NCBI RefSeq assembly: GCF_013315695.1
Contig: NZ_CP054353.1
Strand: one strand, 5' to 3'
DNA: 64,000 nt
DNA from: Escherichia coli
Lineage (GTDB): Bacteria; Pseudomonadota; Gammaproteobacteria; Enterobacterales; Enterobacteriaceae
Positions 9,813-21,830 of the stretch are shown here, one piece after another. Both the position numbers and the translations under genes were made by a program. Position 1 is the first letter of the stretch. Every line of letters starts with the position of its first letter. The notes under the pieces were generated by a model. That model did not search any database and was not told the origin of the DNA. It worked only from the letters and a program-made list of their open reading frames with translations.

Positions 9813-12800
9813 ATGGGAAAAGGTGGCGGTAAGGCACACACGCCTCGTGAGGCGAAGGATAATCTCAAATCCACGCAGATGATGAGTGTGATTGATGCGA
9901 TTGGTGAGGGACCGATAGAAGGTCCGGTGAAGGGACTGCAGAGTATTCTGGTGAACAAAACCCCGCTGACGGACACGGACGGTAATCCCGTGATACACGG
10001 TGTGACTGCGGTCTGGCGTGCCGGGGAGCAGGAGCAGACACCACCGGAAGGCTTTGAGTCCTCCGGAGCTGAAACCGGACTGGGCGTGGAAGTGACGAAG
10101 GCAAAACCGGTGACGCGCACCATTACGTCCGCGAACATTGACCGCCTGCGGGTTACCTTCGGGGTGCAGTCACTGGTGCAGACCACGTCAAAGGGCGACC
10201 GTAATCCTTCCTCTGTCCGGATTCTGATTCAGTTACAGCGTAATGGCCGCTGGGTGACGGAAAAGGATGTCACCATTAACGGCAAGACCACCTCGCAGTT
10301 CCTGGCCTCGGTGATTCTGGATAATCTGCCTCCCCGGCCCTTTAACATCCGGATGGTCAGGGAGACGGCGGACAGCACCACGGACCAGCTGCAGAATAAG
10401 ACGCTGTGGTCGTCATACACCGAAATCATCGATGTGAAACAGTGCTACCCGAACACGGCCATTGTGGGGCTGCAGGTGGATGCGGAGCAGTTCGGCGGCC
10501 AGCAGATGACGGTGAACTACCATATCCGCGGTCGCATCATCCAGGTGCCGTCAAACTATGACCCGGAAAAACGCACGTACAGTGGTATCTGGGACGGCAG
10601 CCTGAAACCGGCATACAGCAACAACCCGGCCTGGTGTCTGTGGGACATGCTGACTCACCCGCGCTACGGCATGGGAAAACGTCTGGGGGCGGCGGATGTG
10701 GACAAGTGGGCGCTGTATGCCATCGGGCAGTACTGCGACCAGACGGTCCCGGATGGTTTCGGGGGGACCGAGCCGCGGATGACCTTTAATGCGTACCTGG
10801 CACAACAGCGTAAGGCGTGGGACGTTCTCAGTGATTTCTGCTCTGCGATGCGCTGTATGCCGGTATGGAACGGCCAGACGCTGACGTTCGTTCAGGACCG
10901 TCCGTCGGATGTGGTGTGGCCGTACACCAACAGCGATGTGGTGGTGGATGATAACGGCGTGGGTTTCCGCTACAGCTCCAGTGCCCTGAAGGACCGGCAC
11001 ACGGCAGTGGAGGTGAATTACACCGACCCGCAGAACGGCTGGCAGACCTCCACGGAACTGGTGGAAGACCCGGAAGCCATACTGCGCTACGGACGCAACC
11101 TGCTGAAGATGGACGCGTTCGGCTGTACCAGCCGCGGTCAGGCCCACCGTGCCGGGCTGTGGGTGATAAAGACCGAACTGCTGGAAACGCAGACGGTGGA
11201 TTTCACGCTTGGGTCACAGGGGCTGCGTCACACACCCGGTGACATCATTGAAATCTGTGATAACGACTATGCCGGGACCATGACCGGCGGACGTGTCCTG
11301 TCCATCGATGCCGCCAGCCGTACCCTGACGCTGGACCGGGAGGTGACACTGCCGGAGACCGGCACGGCCACTGTTAATCTGATTAACGGCAGCGGTAAGC
11401 CGGCGAGCGTGGCCATCACCGCACACCCCGCGCCTGACCGGATACAGGTCAGCACCCTGCCGGATGGTGTGGAGACATACGGTGTGTGGGGACTCTCCCT
11501 GCCGTCACTGCGTCGTCGCCTGTTCCGCTGTGTCTCCATCCGGGAAAACACGGACGGCACCTTTGCCATCACGGCGGTGCAGCACGTACCTGAAAAAGAA
11601 GCCATCGTGGATAACGGGGCCCGCTTTGAGCCGCAGTCAGGCACCCTGAACAGCGTTATCCCACCGGCAGTGCAGCACCTGACGGTGGAGGTGAGCGCAG
11701 CTGACGGCCAGTATCTGGCGCAGGCTAAATGGGACACGCCGCGGGTGGTGAAGGGCGTGCGCTTCAGTCTGCGCCTGACCAGTGGTAAGGGAACGGATGC
11801 CAGACTGGTGACCACCGCCATCACCGCAGACACGGAGCACCGTTTCAGCGGCCTGCCACTGGGGGAATACACCCTGACGGTGCGGGCCATTAACAGCTAC
11901 GGCCAGCAGGGCGAACCTGCGACCACCACCTTCCGGATTAACGCGCCTGCAAAACCCGCCACCATTGAGCTGACGCCGGGGTATTTTCAGATAACGGCGG
12001 TACCGGTGCTGGCGGTGTATGACCCGACGGTGCAGTTTGAATTCTGGTTCTCAGAAAAACGCATCACGAACACGGCACAGGTGGAAAAATCTGCCCGTTA
12101 TCTGGGGACCGGCAGTCAGTGGACTGTCCAGGGGAGCCGGATTAAGCCGGGGACGGATTTCTGGTTTTACGTGCGAAGCGTCAACCTGGTGGGAAAATCT
12201 GCTTTTGTGGAAGCCAGCGGGCAGCCCAGCAATGATGGTGAAGGGTATCTGGAAATTTTCCGGGGGCTGATAGATGAGACGCTTCTGGGGCAGGCACTGA
12301 AAGAGCGCATTGATGCTTCAGCGCTGCGTACGGAGGTCACGCAACTGGAAGAAGATATCCGTCAGCGGATGGACACGGATATCGCAGAAGTGACCCGGAA
12401 AATCGGGAAGGCGGAAAACAGCCTCACGCAGCTGGTTGCGAAAAAGAATGAGGACCAGACACTGGCCATCGCGCAGGTGAGCCAGAAAGTGGACCGGGTG
12501 AGCAGTGAAATCTCACAGACTGTCAGCCAGGGGCAGTCAGAAAACGCCCGACAGATAGCACAGGTCCGCCAGTACGTGGATAAAAAAGGGAGTGAAATTA
12601 CCTCGACCACGGATAAAAAGCTGGGTGACCAGGCCGTGACCATACAGCAAATCCAGCGGGTTCAGTCAGACACGCGCAATGAGCTGAATGCCATGTATAT
12701 GCTGAAGGTGCAGAAAACAAAAAACGGTATTCCCTATGTGGCCGGGATTGGCGCGGGGATTGAGGATGTTGATGGTCAGACCCTGAGTAACATTCTGCTG

Positions 12801-13505
12801 CAGGCCGATCGCATTGCGATGATTACCCCGGAGAACGGCAACACCACGCCGCTGTTTGTGGCGCAGGGGAATCAGCTGTTCATGAACGACGTGTTCCTGA
12901 AGCGACTGTTTGCGGTGAGCATCACGTCATCCGGCAATCCTCCGACGTTTTCCCTGACGCCGGATGGCAGGCTGACAGCCCGCAATGCGGATATCAGTGG
13001 AGCCATCACGGCGAATACCGGCACGCTCAATAATGTCACCATTAACGAGAACTGTGTCATCAGAGGGAAACTGTCTGCAAACCAGATTGAAGGCGATCTC
13101 GTTAAAACAGTGGGTAAGGCTTTCCCCCGTGACTCCCGTGCACCGAAGCGTTGGCCATCAGGAACCATTACCGTCAGGGTTTATGACGATCAGCCGTTTA
13201 ACCGGCAGATTGTTATTCCGGCGGTGGCTTTCAGCGGTGCCAGACATGAGCGGGAGAACAGCGATACTTATTCGTCATGCCGCCTGATAGTGAAGAAAAA
13301 CGGTGCTGAAATTTATAACCGTACCGCGATGGATAATACGCTGGTTTACAGTGGTGTTATTGATATGCCTGCTGGTCGCGGCCACATGACGCTGGAGTTT
13401 TCTGTATCAGCATGGTGGGTAAATGGCTGGTATCCCACAGCAAGTATCAGCGATTTGCTGGTTGTTGTGATGAAGAAAGCCACTGCAGGCATCACGATTA
13501 GCTGA
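9813..13505 (+). CDS. J: Host specificity / central tail fibre protein J
   Basis: 1230 aa; N-terminal 850 aa and C-terminal 270 aa colinear with lambda gpJ; extra coiled-coil segment in between. Confidence 0.95.
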   Translation: MGKGGGKAHTPREAKDNLKSTQMMSVIDAIGEGPIEGPVKGLQSILVNKTPLTDTDGNPVIHGVTAVWRAGEQEQTPPEGFESSGAETGLGVEVTKAKPVTRTITSANIDRLRVTFGVQSLVQTTSKGDRNPSSVRILIQLQRNGRWVTEKDVTINGKTTSQFLASVILDNLPPRPFNIRMVRETADSTTDQLQNKTLWSSYTEIIDVKQCYPNTAIVGLQVDAEQFGGQQMTVNYHIRGRIIQVPSNYDPEKRTYSGIWDGSLKPAYSNNPAWCLWDMLTHPRYGMGKRLGAADVDKWALYAIGQYCDQTVPDGFGGTEPRMTFNAYLAQQRKAWDVLSDFCSAMRCMPVWNGQTLTFVQDRPSDVVWPYTNSDVVVDDNGVGFRYSSSALKDRHTAVEVNYTDPQNGWQTSTELVEDPEAILRYGRNLLKMDAFGCTSRGQAHRAGLWVIKTELLETQTVDFTLGSQGLRHTPGDIIEICDNDYAGTMTGGRVLSIDAASRTLTLDREVTLPETGTATVNLINGSGKPASVAITAHPAPDRIQVSTLPDGVETYGVWGLSLPSLRRRLFRCVSIRENTDGTFAITAVQHVPEKEAIVDNGARFEPQSGTLNSVIPPAVQHLTVEVSAADGQYLAQAKWDTPRVVKGVRFSLRLTSGKGTDARLVTTAITADTEHRFSGLPLGEYTLTVRAINSYGQQGEPATTTFRINAPAKPATIELTPGYFQITAVPVLAVYDPTVQFEFWFSEKRITNTAQVEKSARYLGTGSQWTVQGSRIKPGTDFWFYVRSVNLVGKSAFVEASGQPSNDGEGYLEIFRGLIDETLLGQALKERIDASALRTEVTQLEEDIRQRMDTDIAEVTRKIGKAENSLTQLVAKKNEDQTLAIAQVSQKVDRVSSEISQTVSQGQSENARQIAQVRQYVDKKGSEITSTTDKKLGDQAVTIQQIQRVQSDTRNELNAMYMLKVQKTKNGIPYVAGIGAGIEDVDGQTLSNILLQADRIAMITPENGNTTPLFVAQGNQLFMNDVFLKRLFAVSITSSGNPPTFSLTPDGRLTARNADISGAITANTGTLNNVTINENCVIRGKLSANQIEGDLVKTVGKAFPRDSRAPKRWPSGTITVRVYDDQPFNRQIVIPAVAFSGARHERENSDTYSSCRLIVKKNGAEIYNRTAMDNTLVYSGVIDMPAGRGHMTLEFSVSAWWVNGWYPTASISDLLVVVMKKATAGITIS

Positions 13506-13523
13506 ATTTTATAACCCCAATAC

Positions 13524-13548
13524 GGGCGCCAGAAATGGCGCCTTTTTT
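13524..13548 (+). terminator. Rho-independent terminator after J
   Basis: GGCGCC-agaaat-GGCGCC stem then TTTTTT. Confidence 0.6.
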
Positions 13549-13572
13549 ATTGCAGAAAAGCGAGAGGTAATT

Positions 13573-14172
13573 ATGCGTAAATTATGTGCAGCCATTTTGT
13601 CCGCAGCCATCTGTCTGTCCGTATCCGGTGCGCCTGCATGGGCGTCTGAACATCAGTCCACACTGAGCGCGGGGTATCTTCATGCCCGTACGAACGCTCC
13701 CGGCAGCGATAATCTGAACGGGATTAACGTGAAATACCGTTATGAGTTTACGGACACGCTGGGGCTGATTACGTCCTTCAGTTATGCCAATGCTGAGGAT
13801 GAGCAAAAAACGCACTACAACGATACCCGCTGGCATGAAGATTCCGTGCGTAACCGCTGGTTCAGCGTGATGGCGGGGCCGTCTGTACGCGTGAATGAAT
13901 GGTTCAGCGCGTATGCGATGGTGGGTGTGGCTTACAGCCGTGTGTCGACTTTCTCCGGGGATTATCTCCGCGTAACTGACAACAAGGGGAAAACGCACGA
14001 TGTGCTGACCGGAAGTGATGACGGTCGCCACAGCAACACGTCTCTGGCGTGGGGGGCTGGCGTGCAGTTTAACCCGACCGAATCCGTGGCCATTGATATT
14101 GCTTATGAAGGCTCCGGTAGTGGTGACTGGCGCACTGACGGTTTCATCGTGGGTGTCGGTTATAAGTTCTGA
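13573..14172 (+). CDS. lom: Outer membrane protein Lom (Ail/PagC family)
   Basis: 199 aa; nearly colinear with lambda Lom including signal peptide. Confidence 0.9.
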   Translation: MRKLCAAILSAAICLSVSGAPAWASEHQSTLSAGYLHARTNAPGSDNLNGINVKYRYEFTDTLGLITSFSYANAEDEQKTHYNDTRWHEDSVRNRWFSVMAGPSVRVNEWFSAYAMVGVAYSRVSTFSGDYLRVTDNKGKTHDVLTGSDDGRHSNTSLAWGAGVQFNPTESVAIDIAYEGSGSGDWRTDGFIVGVGYKF

Positions 14173-14198
14173 TTAGCCAGGTAACACAGTGTTATGAC

Positions 14199-14225
14199 AG
14201 CCCGCCGGTTCAGGCGGGCTTTTTT
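14199..14225 (+). terminator. Rho-independent terminator after lom
   Basis: AGCCCGCC-ggttca-GGCGGGCT stem then TTTTT. Confidence 0.65.
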
Positions 14226-14236
14226 GTGGAGTGGAT

Positions 14237-16303
14237 ATGGCAGCAGTAAAAATCTCAGGTGTGCTGAAAGATGGTGCGGGAAAACCAATACAGAACTGCA
14301 CTATTCAACTGAAGGCAAAGCGTAACAGCACCACGGTACTGGTGAACACGGTGGCCTCTGAAAATCCGGATGAAGCCGGGCGTTACAGCATGGATGTTGA
14401 GTATGGCCAGTACAGCGTCACCCTGCTGGTTGAAGGTTTTCCACCTTCACATGCCGGGACCATTACCGTCTATGAAGGTTCCAGACCAGGTACGCTGAAT
14501 GATTTTCTCGGTGCCATGACGGAGGATGATGTTCGTCCGGAGGCACTGCGCCGTTTTGAGCTGATGGTGAATGAAGTGGCACGTCATGCCGGAGCGTCAT
14601 CACAGAGTGCAGCGGCGGCAAAGAAATCCGAAACGGCAGCAGCCTCATCGAAGAATGCGGCGAAAACCTCAGAAACGAATGCAGCTAACAGCGCACAGGC
14701 GGCAGCGGCCTCGCAGACTGCATCGGCAAACTCCGCGACAGCAGCCAAAAAATCAGAAACCAGCGCGAAAAATAGCGAGACAGCCACAAAGGCCAGCGAA
14801 AAAAACGCAAAATCCAGCCAGACGGCAGCGAAAACCAGTGAGACGAATGCCAAAGACAGTGAAGCCAACGCAAAGGTGAGCGAAACAGCGGCGGCGAACT
14901 CGGCGAAAGCATCGGCAGCAAGCCAGACGGCAGCAAAAGCAAGTGAAGATGCTGCCAGAGAATACGCAAACCAGACAGCAGAGCCGTACAGATATGTTTT
15001 ACAGCCGCTGCCGGATGTGTGGATACCCTTTAATGATTCGCTGGATATGATTACGGGCTATTCTCCGGGTTATAAAAAAGTGAAGATTGGTGATAATGTG
15101 GTTCAGGTTGCCAGTGATAAACAGGTTAATTTCAGTCGCGCATCAACGGCAACATATATCAACAAATCTGGCGAACTGAAAACGGCGGAAATTAATGAGC
15201 CACGATTTGAGTGTGATGGCCTGCTTATTGAGGGGCAAAGAACGAACTTCTTCCCGAACAGTACAGACCCTTCGAAGTGGAATAAGTCAACTTCACTGGA
15301 CGTTACAGAAACAGGCACAGATAGTTTCGGGTTTAATTATGGCCGGTTTGTCGTACAGGATTCGATTGTTGGTACAAGTAAAGCGCATACCATTATCGGA
15401 CTGTATTCGAGTACCGGAGGGGTTGATACTTCAGGGGACGAAAAGCATGTAACTATATCCTGTCGGGTAAAAAGTGAAGTTGATAATATCGCCGTTCGTA
15501 TTTTATTTGAACATTATGATGGGGAGGTAAGGACATCAATAGGAGCAGCAAACCTGAACCTTACCACCCGCATAATTAGCAAGACAGGTCAGACAAGCCG
15601 TGTTACAGCAAGGTCTGTTAAGGATGATGCAACTGGCTGGATATTTTTTGAGGCTACATTAAAAGCAGATACAACAGAAAATACGGTTGGTGGTTTTGTC
15701 CAGTATTCTCCGGATACAGGGCAGATGGTTGCATCAGGGGATTATCTCGATGTAACCACTCCACAGATTGAGGCTGGTACAGGCGCATCATCTTTTATTG
15801 TTACGGGGACGGCACCGGTAACGCGGGCAAGCGATATGGTTACAGTTCCGATTAAGAATAATCTTTATAATCTTCCTTTTACGGTTCTTTGTGAGGTACA
15901 TAAGAACTGGTATAAAACGCCAAATGCAGCACCGCGTGTTTTTGACACATACCGGCATCAGGCAGATGCGGGGATCGTAATGGGGTTTGGTTCATCAGGT
16001 GGGTACGACGGTTTTCCGTATTGCGATATAGGTGGTTCAGACCGACGAATAAATGAAAATGCCGGGCTGGAAAAAATGCTTATTGGTATGCGGGTAAAGT
16101 CCGAACGGTCCACATGTGTAGTCAGTAACGGTAAGTTAAGCAGCGAAACTAAAACCAAATGGGAATATATCCGGAGTACAGCAACCATTCGCATTGGTGG
16201 ACAAACTACAGCAGGATTACGCCATTTATTTGGGCATGTGAGGAATTTTCGTCTCTGGCATAAAGAGCTAACAGATGCGCAGCTTGGGGAGGTTGTGGAG
16301 TGA
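14237..16303 (+). CDS. stf: Side tail fibre protein, lambda Stf-like N-terminus with divergent C-terminal receptor-binding domain
   Basis: First 120 aa match lambda Stf (AVKISGVLKDG...), then Ala/Ser/Thr-rich SETNA/AAKxSE repeats, then about 400 aa with no lambda counterpart; start set at ATG 14237. Confidence 0.75.
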   Translation: MAAVKISGVLKDGAGKPIQNCTIQLKAKRNSTTVLVNTVASENPDEAGRYSMDVEYGQYSVTLLVEGFPPSHAGTITVYEGSRPGTLNDFLGAMTEDDVRPEALRRFELMVNEVARHAGASSQSAAAAKKSETAAASSKNAAKTSETNAANSAQAAAASQTASANSATAAKKSETSAKNSETATKASEKNAKSSQTAAKTSETNAKDSEANAKVSETAAANSAKASAASQTAAKASEDAAREYANQTAEPYRYVLQPLPDVWIPFNDSLDMITGYSPGYKKVKIGDNVVQVASDKQVNFSRASTATYINKSGELKTAEINEPRFECDGLLIEGQRTNFFPNSTDPSKWNKSTSLDVTETGTDSFGFNYGRFVVQDSIVGTSKAHTIIGLYSSTGGVDTSGDEKHVTISCRVKSEVDNIAVRILFEHYDGEVRTSIGAANLNLTTRIISKTGQTSRVTARSVKDDATGWIFFEATLKADTTENTVGGFVQYSPDTGQMVASGDYLDVTTPQIEAGTGASSFIVTGTAPVTRASDMVTVPIKNNLYNLPFTVLCEVHKNWYKTPNAAPRVFDTYRHQADAGIVMGFGSSGGYDGFPYCDIGGSDRRINENAGLEKMLIGMRVKSERSTCVVSNGKLSSETKTKWEYIRSTATIRIGGQTTAGLRHLFGHVRNFRLWHKELTDAQLGEVVE

Positions 16304-16578
16304 GAGATTTCACGTTGCGTTTCAGTGATAAAGCAGATTTCAGGGCATTTCTCAGGAAACTTAACTGGGAAGAGGACGAAGAGCTGCAGAATGCCGTTCT
16401 GGTTGATGAGATTGGTTTTACGTTCAGGGAGACAGATGTTTCTGATGACGGAGAACCAGAATACACGCGAAACGAAGGGTACTTTGTTAATATCCGTCTT
16501 CTTGACGATGGATTTGATGATTCCGTGTTCCGTGAGTGGGTGGTTACACCAGAGCGCCCGCTCAGGGAGTGGTTTTAA
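16300..16578 (+). CDS. Hypothetical acidic protein (92 aa) downstream of stf
   Basis: ORF overlapping stf stop by 4 nt (translational coupling); occupies the tfa position but is shorter and unlike lambda Tfa. Confidence 0.4.
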   Translation: MRDFTLRFSDKADFRAFLRKLNWEEDEELQNAVLVDEIGFTFRETDVSDDGEPEYTRNEGYFVNIRLLDDGFDDSVFREWVVTPERPLREWF

Positions 16579-16587
16579 GGATAGCAG

Positions 16588-16875
16588 ATGGATATCACGT
16601 CGATACTTCATGCGCTTTGTGCCGTAGCGGTGCAGGTACTGGCTGGTCTTTTTACCGGAAACTGGGCTTACGGTGCGATAGCCGGTTGTACGTTCTTCAT
16701 TGCGCGTGAACACACCCAGGCAGAATATCGCTGGATTGAAATGTTTGGGCATGGCAAGAGGATTAACATGCCGTGGTGGGGCGGTTTTGATCCGCGCGTG
16801 TGGGATGTGGCAAGCCTGATGGATTTTGCTGTGCCGGTGGTGGCGTGTCTGCTGATCTGGATGTTGATCCGTTAA
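16588..16875 (+). CDS. Hypothetical small membrane protein (95 aa)
   Basis: Two predicted hydrophobic segments at N- and C-termini; last ORF before att. Confidence 0.4.
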   Translation: MDITSILHALCAVAVQVLAGLFTGNWAYGAIAGCTFFIAREHTQAEYRWIEMFGHGKRINMPWWGGFDPRVWDVASLMDFAVPVVACLLIWMLIR

Positions 16876-17224
16876 ATATAAAAAGTAAAAAGCCGCAGTA
16901 ACTTGTCATGACAGGATACTGCGGCTGGCTGGTTAACTTTCGATAGTGCGAGTATTGAATGATTTCCAGCTGTTACTGATTTTATATAACTGCAGTGGAA
17001 TTATTCAACACACAGGCAAAACGGAATAAGCTGAGAAAAAAAGCGTGCTTTCCCAATCTGGGGTAAATCACATCTGAATGACACCTGAAAACAGGTGGTG
17101 GCCTCAAGAAGGCTTGGAATATTCTTCTTTAATGTTATGTAATTTATTGATTTTTCGTGTACGATTTTAAGACATTTATTCCAAGAAAAATTTTTAACTC
17201 TTTGATTTTTCGACTCTGTATCAT

Positions 17225-17286
17225 CGGTCTCGAAAACCGGAGTAGGGGCAACTCTACCGGGGGTTCAAATCCCCCTCTCTCCGCCA
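17225..17286 (+). tRNA. Partial tRNA-Ser (3' 62 nt, serU-like, anticodon loop to CCA end): prophage attachment-site repeat, not a full gene
   Basis: CGGTCTCGAAAACCGGAGTAGGGGCAACTCTACCGGGGGTTCAAATCCCCCTCTCTCCGCCA matches the 3' part of E. coli tRNA-Ser(CGA) as I recall it; the 5' acceptor/D-arm is absent. Confidence 0.7.
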
Positions 17287-17830
17287 CTTTATCAATGACT
17301 TATCTCCCGACTTCCCGCCTTGCTTTTCCTAAACAGAACAATCGTAGAATATTCTTGAAGGGTTAGATCGTCACTGTTTTCTGTTCGATACTGTGACATT
17401 CAGCACTTGATTCGCTATGGAGCTGACAGGAAGGTTTCGAGCGAAAATCTACAGTTATTCAGTCGTTTTCTTATCGATCACCATTATTCTTTTAGACATT
17501 GATCCTATGAAACTGCCGCAAAGTTGCTGGCGGGAACTGAAGTTGCGTAGAGAAGGGGTCAATAATTGAGCCAAAAAAGGAACGCGGCCGTCAGATTAAA
17601 GCCGCGGGACAAAGTCCATAATTTCCAAGAGTTGTTGAATTTCCCAGCTTTTTTGAAAGCCTTTGTATTATACTAACAAGTAAAAAAGGTTTAAACACCA
17701 AAATTAACCTATATTTCTGGTTAGCTTTACCATGACAGATGACTTGCTCCTGGAAACATTTGCGCTGCCAGTCTGTATGGCTGAGTTGTGTATTTATTGT
17801 TCGCCTTTTTCGCAGTTTTTTTCTACAGAC

Positions 17831-17867
17831 ATAATAAAAAAGACACGACTCAAGTATGAGCGTGTCT
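17831..17867 (-). terminator. Rho-independent terminator of zinT
   Basis: AGACACG ... CGTGTCT stem followed on minus strand by a U-run (plus-strand ATAATAAAAA). Confidence 0.6.
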
Positions 17868-17955
17868 GAGTTTGTCTTACTTATTTGTCTTGGTAAATTA
17901 TTGTTGTTACTACCAGGCACTGTTCTGTTAAATAACTGAAGTCAGCGCAAAAAAA

Positions 17956-18606
17956 TCAATGAGACATCATCTCCTCGACCACTTCTTCGCTACTCAACTG
18001 ATAGGGATAATACGTTGGCCAGTTTTCCATTTCATTCAATAAAGATTGCTGGGAATCATTACCCATAAAAATGTGAAAATGAGATGATTTTCGTGGTGCA
18101 ATTATATGATCGCTAAATTGTATATATTTAGGGGCTTTGCTTTCAGGATCTTTACATTCGAATAAGTAACGAACGCCTTTCTTGCCTGATTTATAGGTGA
18201 GTATTTTGTATCCATCGTAATCATATTTACAGGATGTTGTTTCATTATTTCTATGGAATTCGACAATGCCGTCCTCAATGCCAATCATTTCGATATCTGT
18301 CGCATAACCTTTGCGATAATAATCTTTAATTTCAGCAAATGGTTTGGTTTTATCTGCATCCGCTTTCTTCTGAAAGACGGGATCAAGTTTGCCACTTTGC
18401 AGTAAAGGGTAAACGGATTGCCAGACTCCATCCCAGTCACTGAGCGTTCGGTTTTGTACATTGGTATCATCAAAAACACCATTAGCAGCTTTTTGTTCGA
18501 CCTCTGTTAAGGGTTTGCCGTGTGAGTGATGACCATGCGAAAAGGCAGGAGCGCTAACAATAAAGACACCTAAAGCAACAGCCAGTTTATGAAGACGAAT
18601 CGCCAA
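17956..18606 (-). CDS. zinT: Metal-binding periplasmic protein ZinT (YodA)
   Basis: 216 aa; His-rich N-terminus HGHHSHG after signal peptide; matches E. coli ZinT. Confidence 0.9.
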   Translation of the reverse strand: MAIRLHKLAVALGVFIVSAPAFSHGHHSHGKPLTEVEQKAANGVFDDTNVQNRTLSDWDGVWQSVYPLLQSGKLDPVFQKKADADKTKPFAEIKDYYRKGYATDIEMIGIEDGIVEFHRNNETTSCKYDYDGYKILTYKSGKKGVRYLFECKDPESKAPKYIQFSDHIIAPRKSSHFHIFMGNDSQQSLLNEMENWPTYYPYQLSSEEVVEEMMSH

Positions 18607-18863
18607 AACAATTTCCTCCAGAGTTAATGTACATGATGTGTAATGTTATATTGTAACATATGAAAAAATGCAACAACTCATTAGGAAATGAGAGCATGGT
18701 ATTCTCAGGTGTATTTAACTATCTTATTGAAATAAAATAAATTATTCTGGTGATGAAAGGTTGATGACAAACGAAACATAACTTGATGCGATCTGTGTGG
18801 GCCGGATAGGGCGCTCGCGCCGCATCCGGCCGGGATAACGCGAAGTTTGTCGGCAATATGAAG

Positions 18864-19499
18864 TTATAGAGATAATTTGTTGTGGGCCTGCTTGCGTAAC
18901 CGGTTGAAAAGGGAAAGCAACTTCTTATACCGTAAGGCTAAAAGCAGTACAGCCAGCCCAGCGTAGATGAGTGGCTGCGGTGAAATAATCTTCACTGACC
19001 ACAGATAATGTATTGGGGCCAGGATCGCGACAAGATAGACGAAGTTATGCAACTGTTGCCAGTGTTTGCCGAGTTTTCGCTGCATCGACTGGGTTGAAGT
19101 GAACGCTAAAGCAAGCAAAATAACCCAGCTGATAATTCCTAACGTTAAATAAGGCCGGGTAATTAACTCCTTACCTAATAACGCCAGATTATTCACGCCC
19201 AACTCCAGCAATGCGTAACTGGTTAAATGCAGTGTCGCCCAGGCAAAGCACCATAAGCCTAACAGGCGGCGAGTGCGTATCAATAACGGCTGTTTTGCGT
19301 AGCGTGCCAGAGGTGTGATTAACAAGGCCGCAAGCAAAAATTTCAGTGCAGTGCGACCGGTAAAATGCTGAATATCTTTCACCGGATCGGCACCTAGTCC
19401 ACCGTGATTGATCGCCCAGACCAGCCAGAGAAACGGCAACAATCCGGCAAGATGCAGGCAAACTTTCAGCCATATCACCTGCTTTGCTGTCAGACGCAT
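18864..19499 (-). CDS. msrQ: Methionine sulfoxide reductase heme-binding subunit MsrQ (YedZ)
   Basis: 211 aa polytopic membrane protein matching E. coli MsrQ. Confidence 0.9.
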   Translation of the reverse strand: MRLTAKQVIWLKVCLHLAGLLPFLWLVWAINHGGLGADPVKDIQHFTGRTALKFLLAALLITPLARYAKQPLLIRTRRLLGLWCFAWATLHLTSYALLELGVNNLALLGKELITRPYLTLGIISWVILLALAFTSTQSMQRKLGKHWQQLHNFVYLVAILAPIHYLWSVKIISPQPLIYAGLAVLLLALRYKKLLSLFNRLRKQAHNKLSL

Positions 19500-20510
<1,011 letters not shown>

Positions 20511-20612
20511 TCACACTTTTTTGTCGTTAGCCAACAAGAGCCGTTTACTGTTAATCTGTCAGGGAGTCACCTCCCTAACAGTAGCAGAGATCAGCTTTTA
20601 CATATTTACGCA

Positions 20613-21026
20613 TTAACTGCCACGATAGGTTGAATACCCATATTGGCTGAGTAATAAAGGCACATGATAATGCTCGTTCACTTTATTAATATGAAATTCA
20701 ACGGGGATCTCAGGGAAGAAACTTTCAAGATTTTGTTTCTTGAAATAGTCTCCGGTTTTAAATACGACACGGTAATCGCCAGTAGTCGCAGTTTGCTCGG
20801 GCCACAGTGCCTTAATTCGTCCATCCTTATCTGTTTTGGCGGTATTAAGTTGTAACCAGCCGTTATCCGCTTTCTTTTCAAGAGTGACTGTCACGTCGGC
20901 AGCGGGTTTTCCTGTTTGCTGGTTCAAAATGTGCACGCTAAGAATGTTTTGTTGTGCGGCATAAACCAAAGAAGGTAATGAAAATGCTGCCGTTGCTACC
21001 GAGAGTACTAAATAACGCTTTAACAT
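20613..21026 (-). CDS. hiuH: 5-hydroxyisourate hydrolase (transthyretin-like) HiuH (YedX)
   Basis: 137 aa; C-terminal YRGS motif; matches E. coli HiuH. Confidence 0.9.
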   Translation of the reverse strand: MLKRYLVLSVATAAFSLPSLVYAAQQNILSVHILNQQTGKPAADVTVTLEKKADNGWLQLNTAKTDKDGRIKALWPEQTATTGDYRVVFKTGDYFKKQNLESFFPEIPVEFHINKVNEHYHVPLLLSQYGYSTYRGS

Positions 21027-21158
21027 GTTTATATCCTTGTCATGTGAATGAGTTTTGAGGATAGCGAAAAAACGTCCAGGGTAACCTTACAGCAGCATTA
21101 CAATTTTGTAATGAACCAGGTTGTTTCTATAACATATGATTTATGGCATATTATTTTC

Positions 21159-21830
21159 ATGAAGATTCTACTTATTGAAGATAATCAAAGGACCCAGGAA
21201 TGGGTAACGCAGGGGCTTTCCGAAGCGGGTTATGTCATTGATGCCGTTTCTGATGGCAGAGATGGGCTTTATCTTGCGCTGAAGGATGATTATGCATTGA
21301 TCATTCTGGATATTATGCTTCCGGGTATGGATGGCTGGCAGATCTTACAAACGTTAAGAACGGCAAAGCAAACTCCTGTTATTTGCCTTACAGCAAGGGA
21401 TTCTGTCGATGACAGAGTCAGAGGGCTGGACAGTGGAGCAAATGATTATCTGGTAAAACCTTTTTCATTTTCTGAGTTGCTGGCAAGGGTTCGGGCACAA
21501 TTAAGGCAACATCACGCTTTGAATTCAACATTAGAAATCAGTGGCTTAAAAATGGACTCTGTCAGTCAAAGTGTGAGCAGGGACAATATCAGTATTACAC
21601 TGACGCGCAAGGAGTTTCAGTTACTTTGGCTACTGGCCTCCAGAGCTGGCGAGATTATACCCAGAACGGTTATTGCGAGTGAAATTTGGGGAATCAACTT
21701 TGATAGTGAGACCAATACGGTGGATGTCGCCATTCGCAGGCTCCGCGCAAAAGTTGATGATCCTTTTCCTGAAAAGCTAATCGCCACAATCCGGGGGATG
21801 GGCTATTCATTCGTAGCGGTAAAAAAATAA
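21159..21830 (+). CDS. hprR: Two-component response regulator HprR (YedW)
   Basis: 223 aa from ATG 21159 (MKILLIEDN...); OmpR-family receiver plus winged helix. Confidence 0.9.
   Translation: MKILLIEDNQRTQEWVTQGLSEAGYVIDAVSDGRDGLYLALKDDYALIILDIMLPGMDGWQILQTLRTAKQTPVICLTARDSVDDRVRGLDSGANDYLVKPFSFSELLARVRAQLRQHHALNSTLEISGLKMDSVSQSVSRDNISITLTRKEFQLLWLLASRAGEIIPRTVIASEIWGINFDSETNTVDVAIRRLRAKVDDPFPEKLIATIRGMGYSFVAVKK

Larger units (their letters stand above)
1..17286 (+). mobile_element. Lambda-like prophage, right arm (capsid to side tail fibre to att repeat); left part lies outside the window
   Basis: Colinear lambda late gene order E-FI-FII-Z-U-V-G-T-H-M-L-K-I-J-lom-stf on + strand; ends at a tRNA-Ser 3' fragment at 17225-17286. 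Confidence 0.85.

Noticed and set aside
10551-11890. Minus-strand ORFs of about 200 aa inside J
   Set aside because: Fully embedded in the J coding region, which is colinear with lambda J; composition typical of spurious antisense frames.
14571-14969. Highly repetitive segment looking like a repeat array (Arg/Gln/Pro-rich and Ala-rich shadow ORFs on both strands)
   Set aside because: It is the coding low-complexity AAK/SETNA repeat region of the side tail fibre read in wrong frames; not CRISPR (no regular repeat-spacer structure) and not an independent gene.
16892-16925. Hairpin GCCGCAGTA ... TACTGCGGC right after the last phage ORF
   Set aside because: No T-run on the plus strand; possibly a minus-strand terminator, but direction and function are ambiguous, so not called.
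1-17286. Searched for integrase/excisionase of the lambda-like prophage
   Set aside because: None in the window; the window covers only the late (structural) arm, and int would be at the opposite end outside the window.
17591-17920. 109-aa minus-strand ORF between the att fragment and zinT
   Set aside because: AT-rich region containing the zinT terminator; ORF has no RBS and a junk-like translation; more likely non-coding phage-host junction.
17287-17955. Expected a host gene (cytochrome b561-like yodB) between zinT and the serine tRNA locus
   Set aside because: No such ORF is present; my recollection of reference gene order here is uncertain, so I do not claim a deletion.
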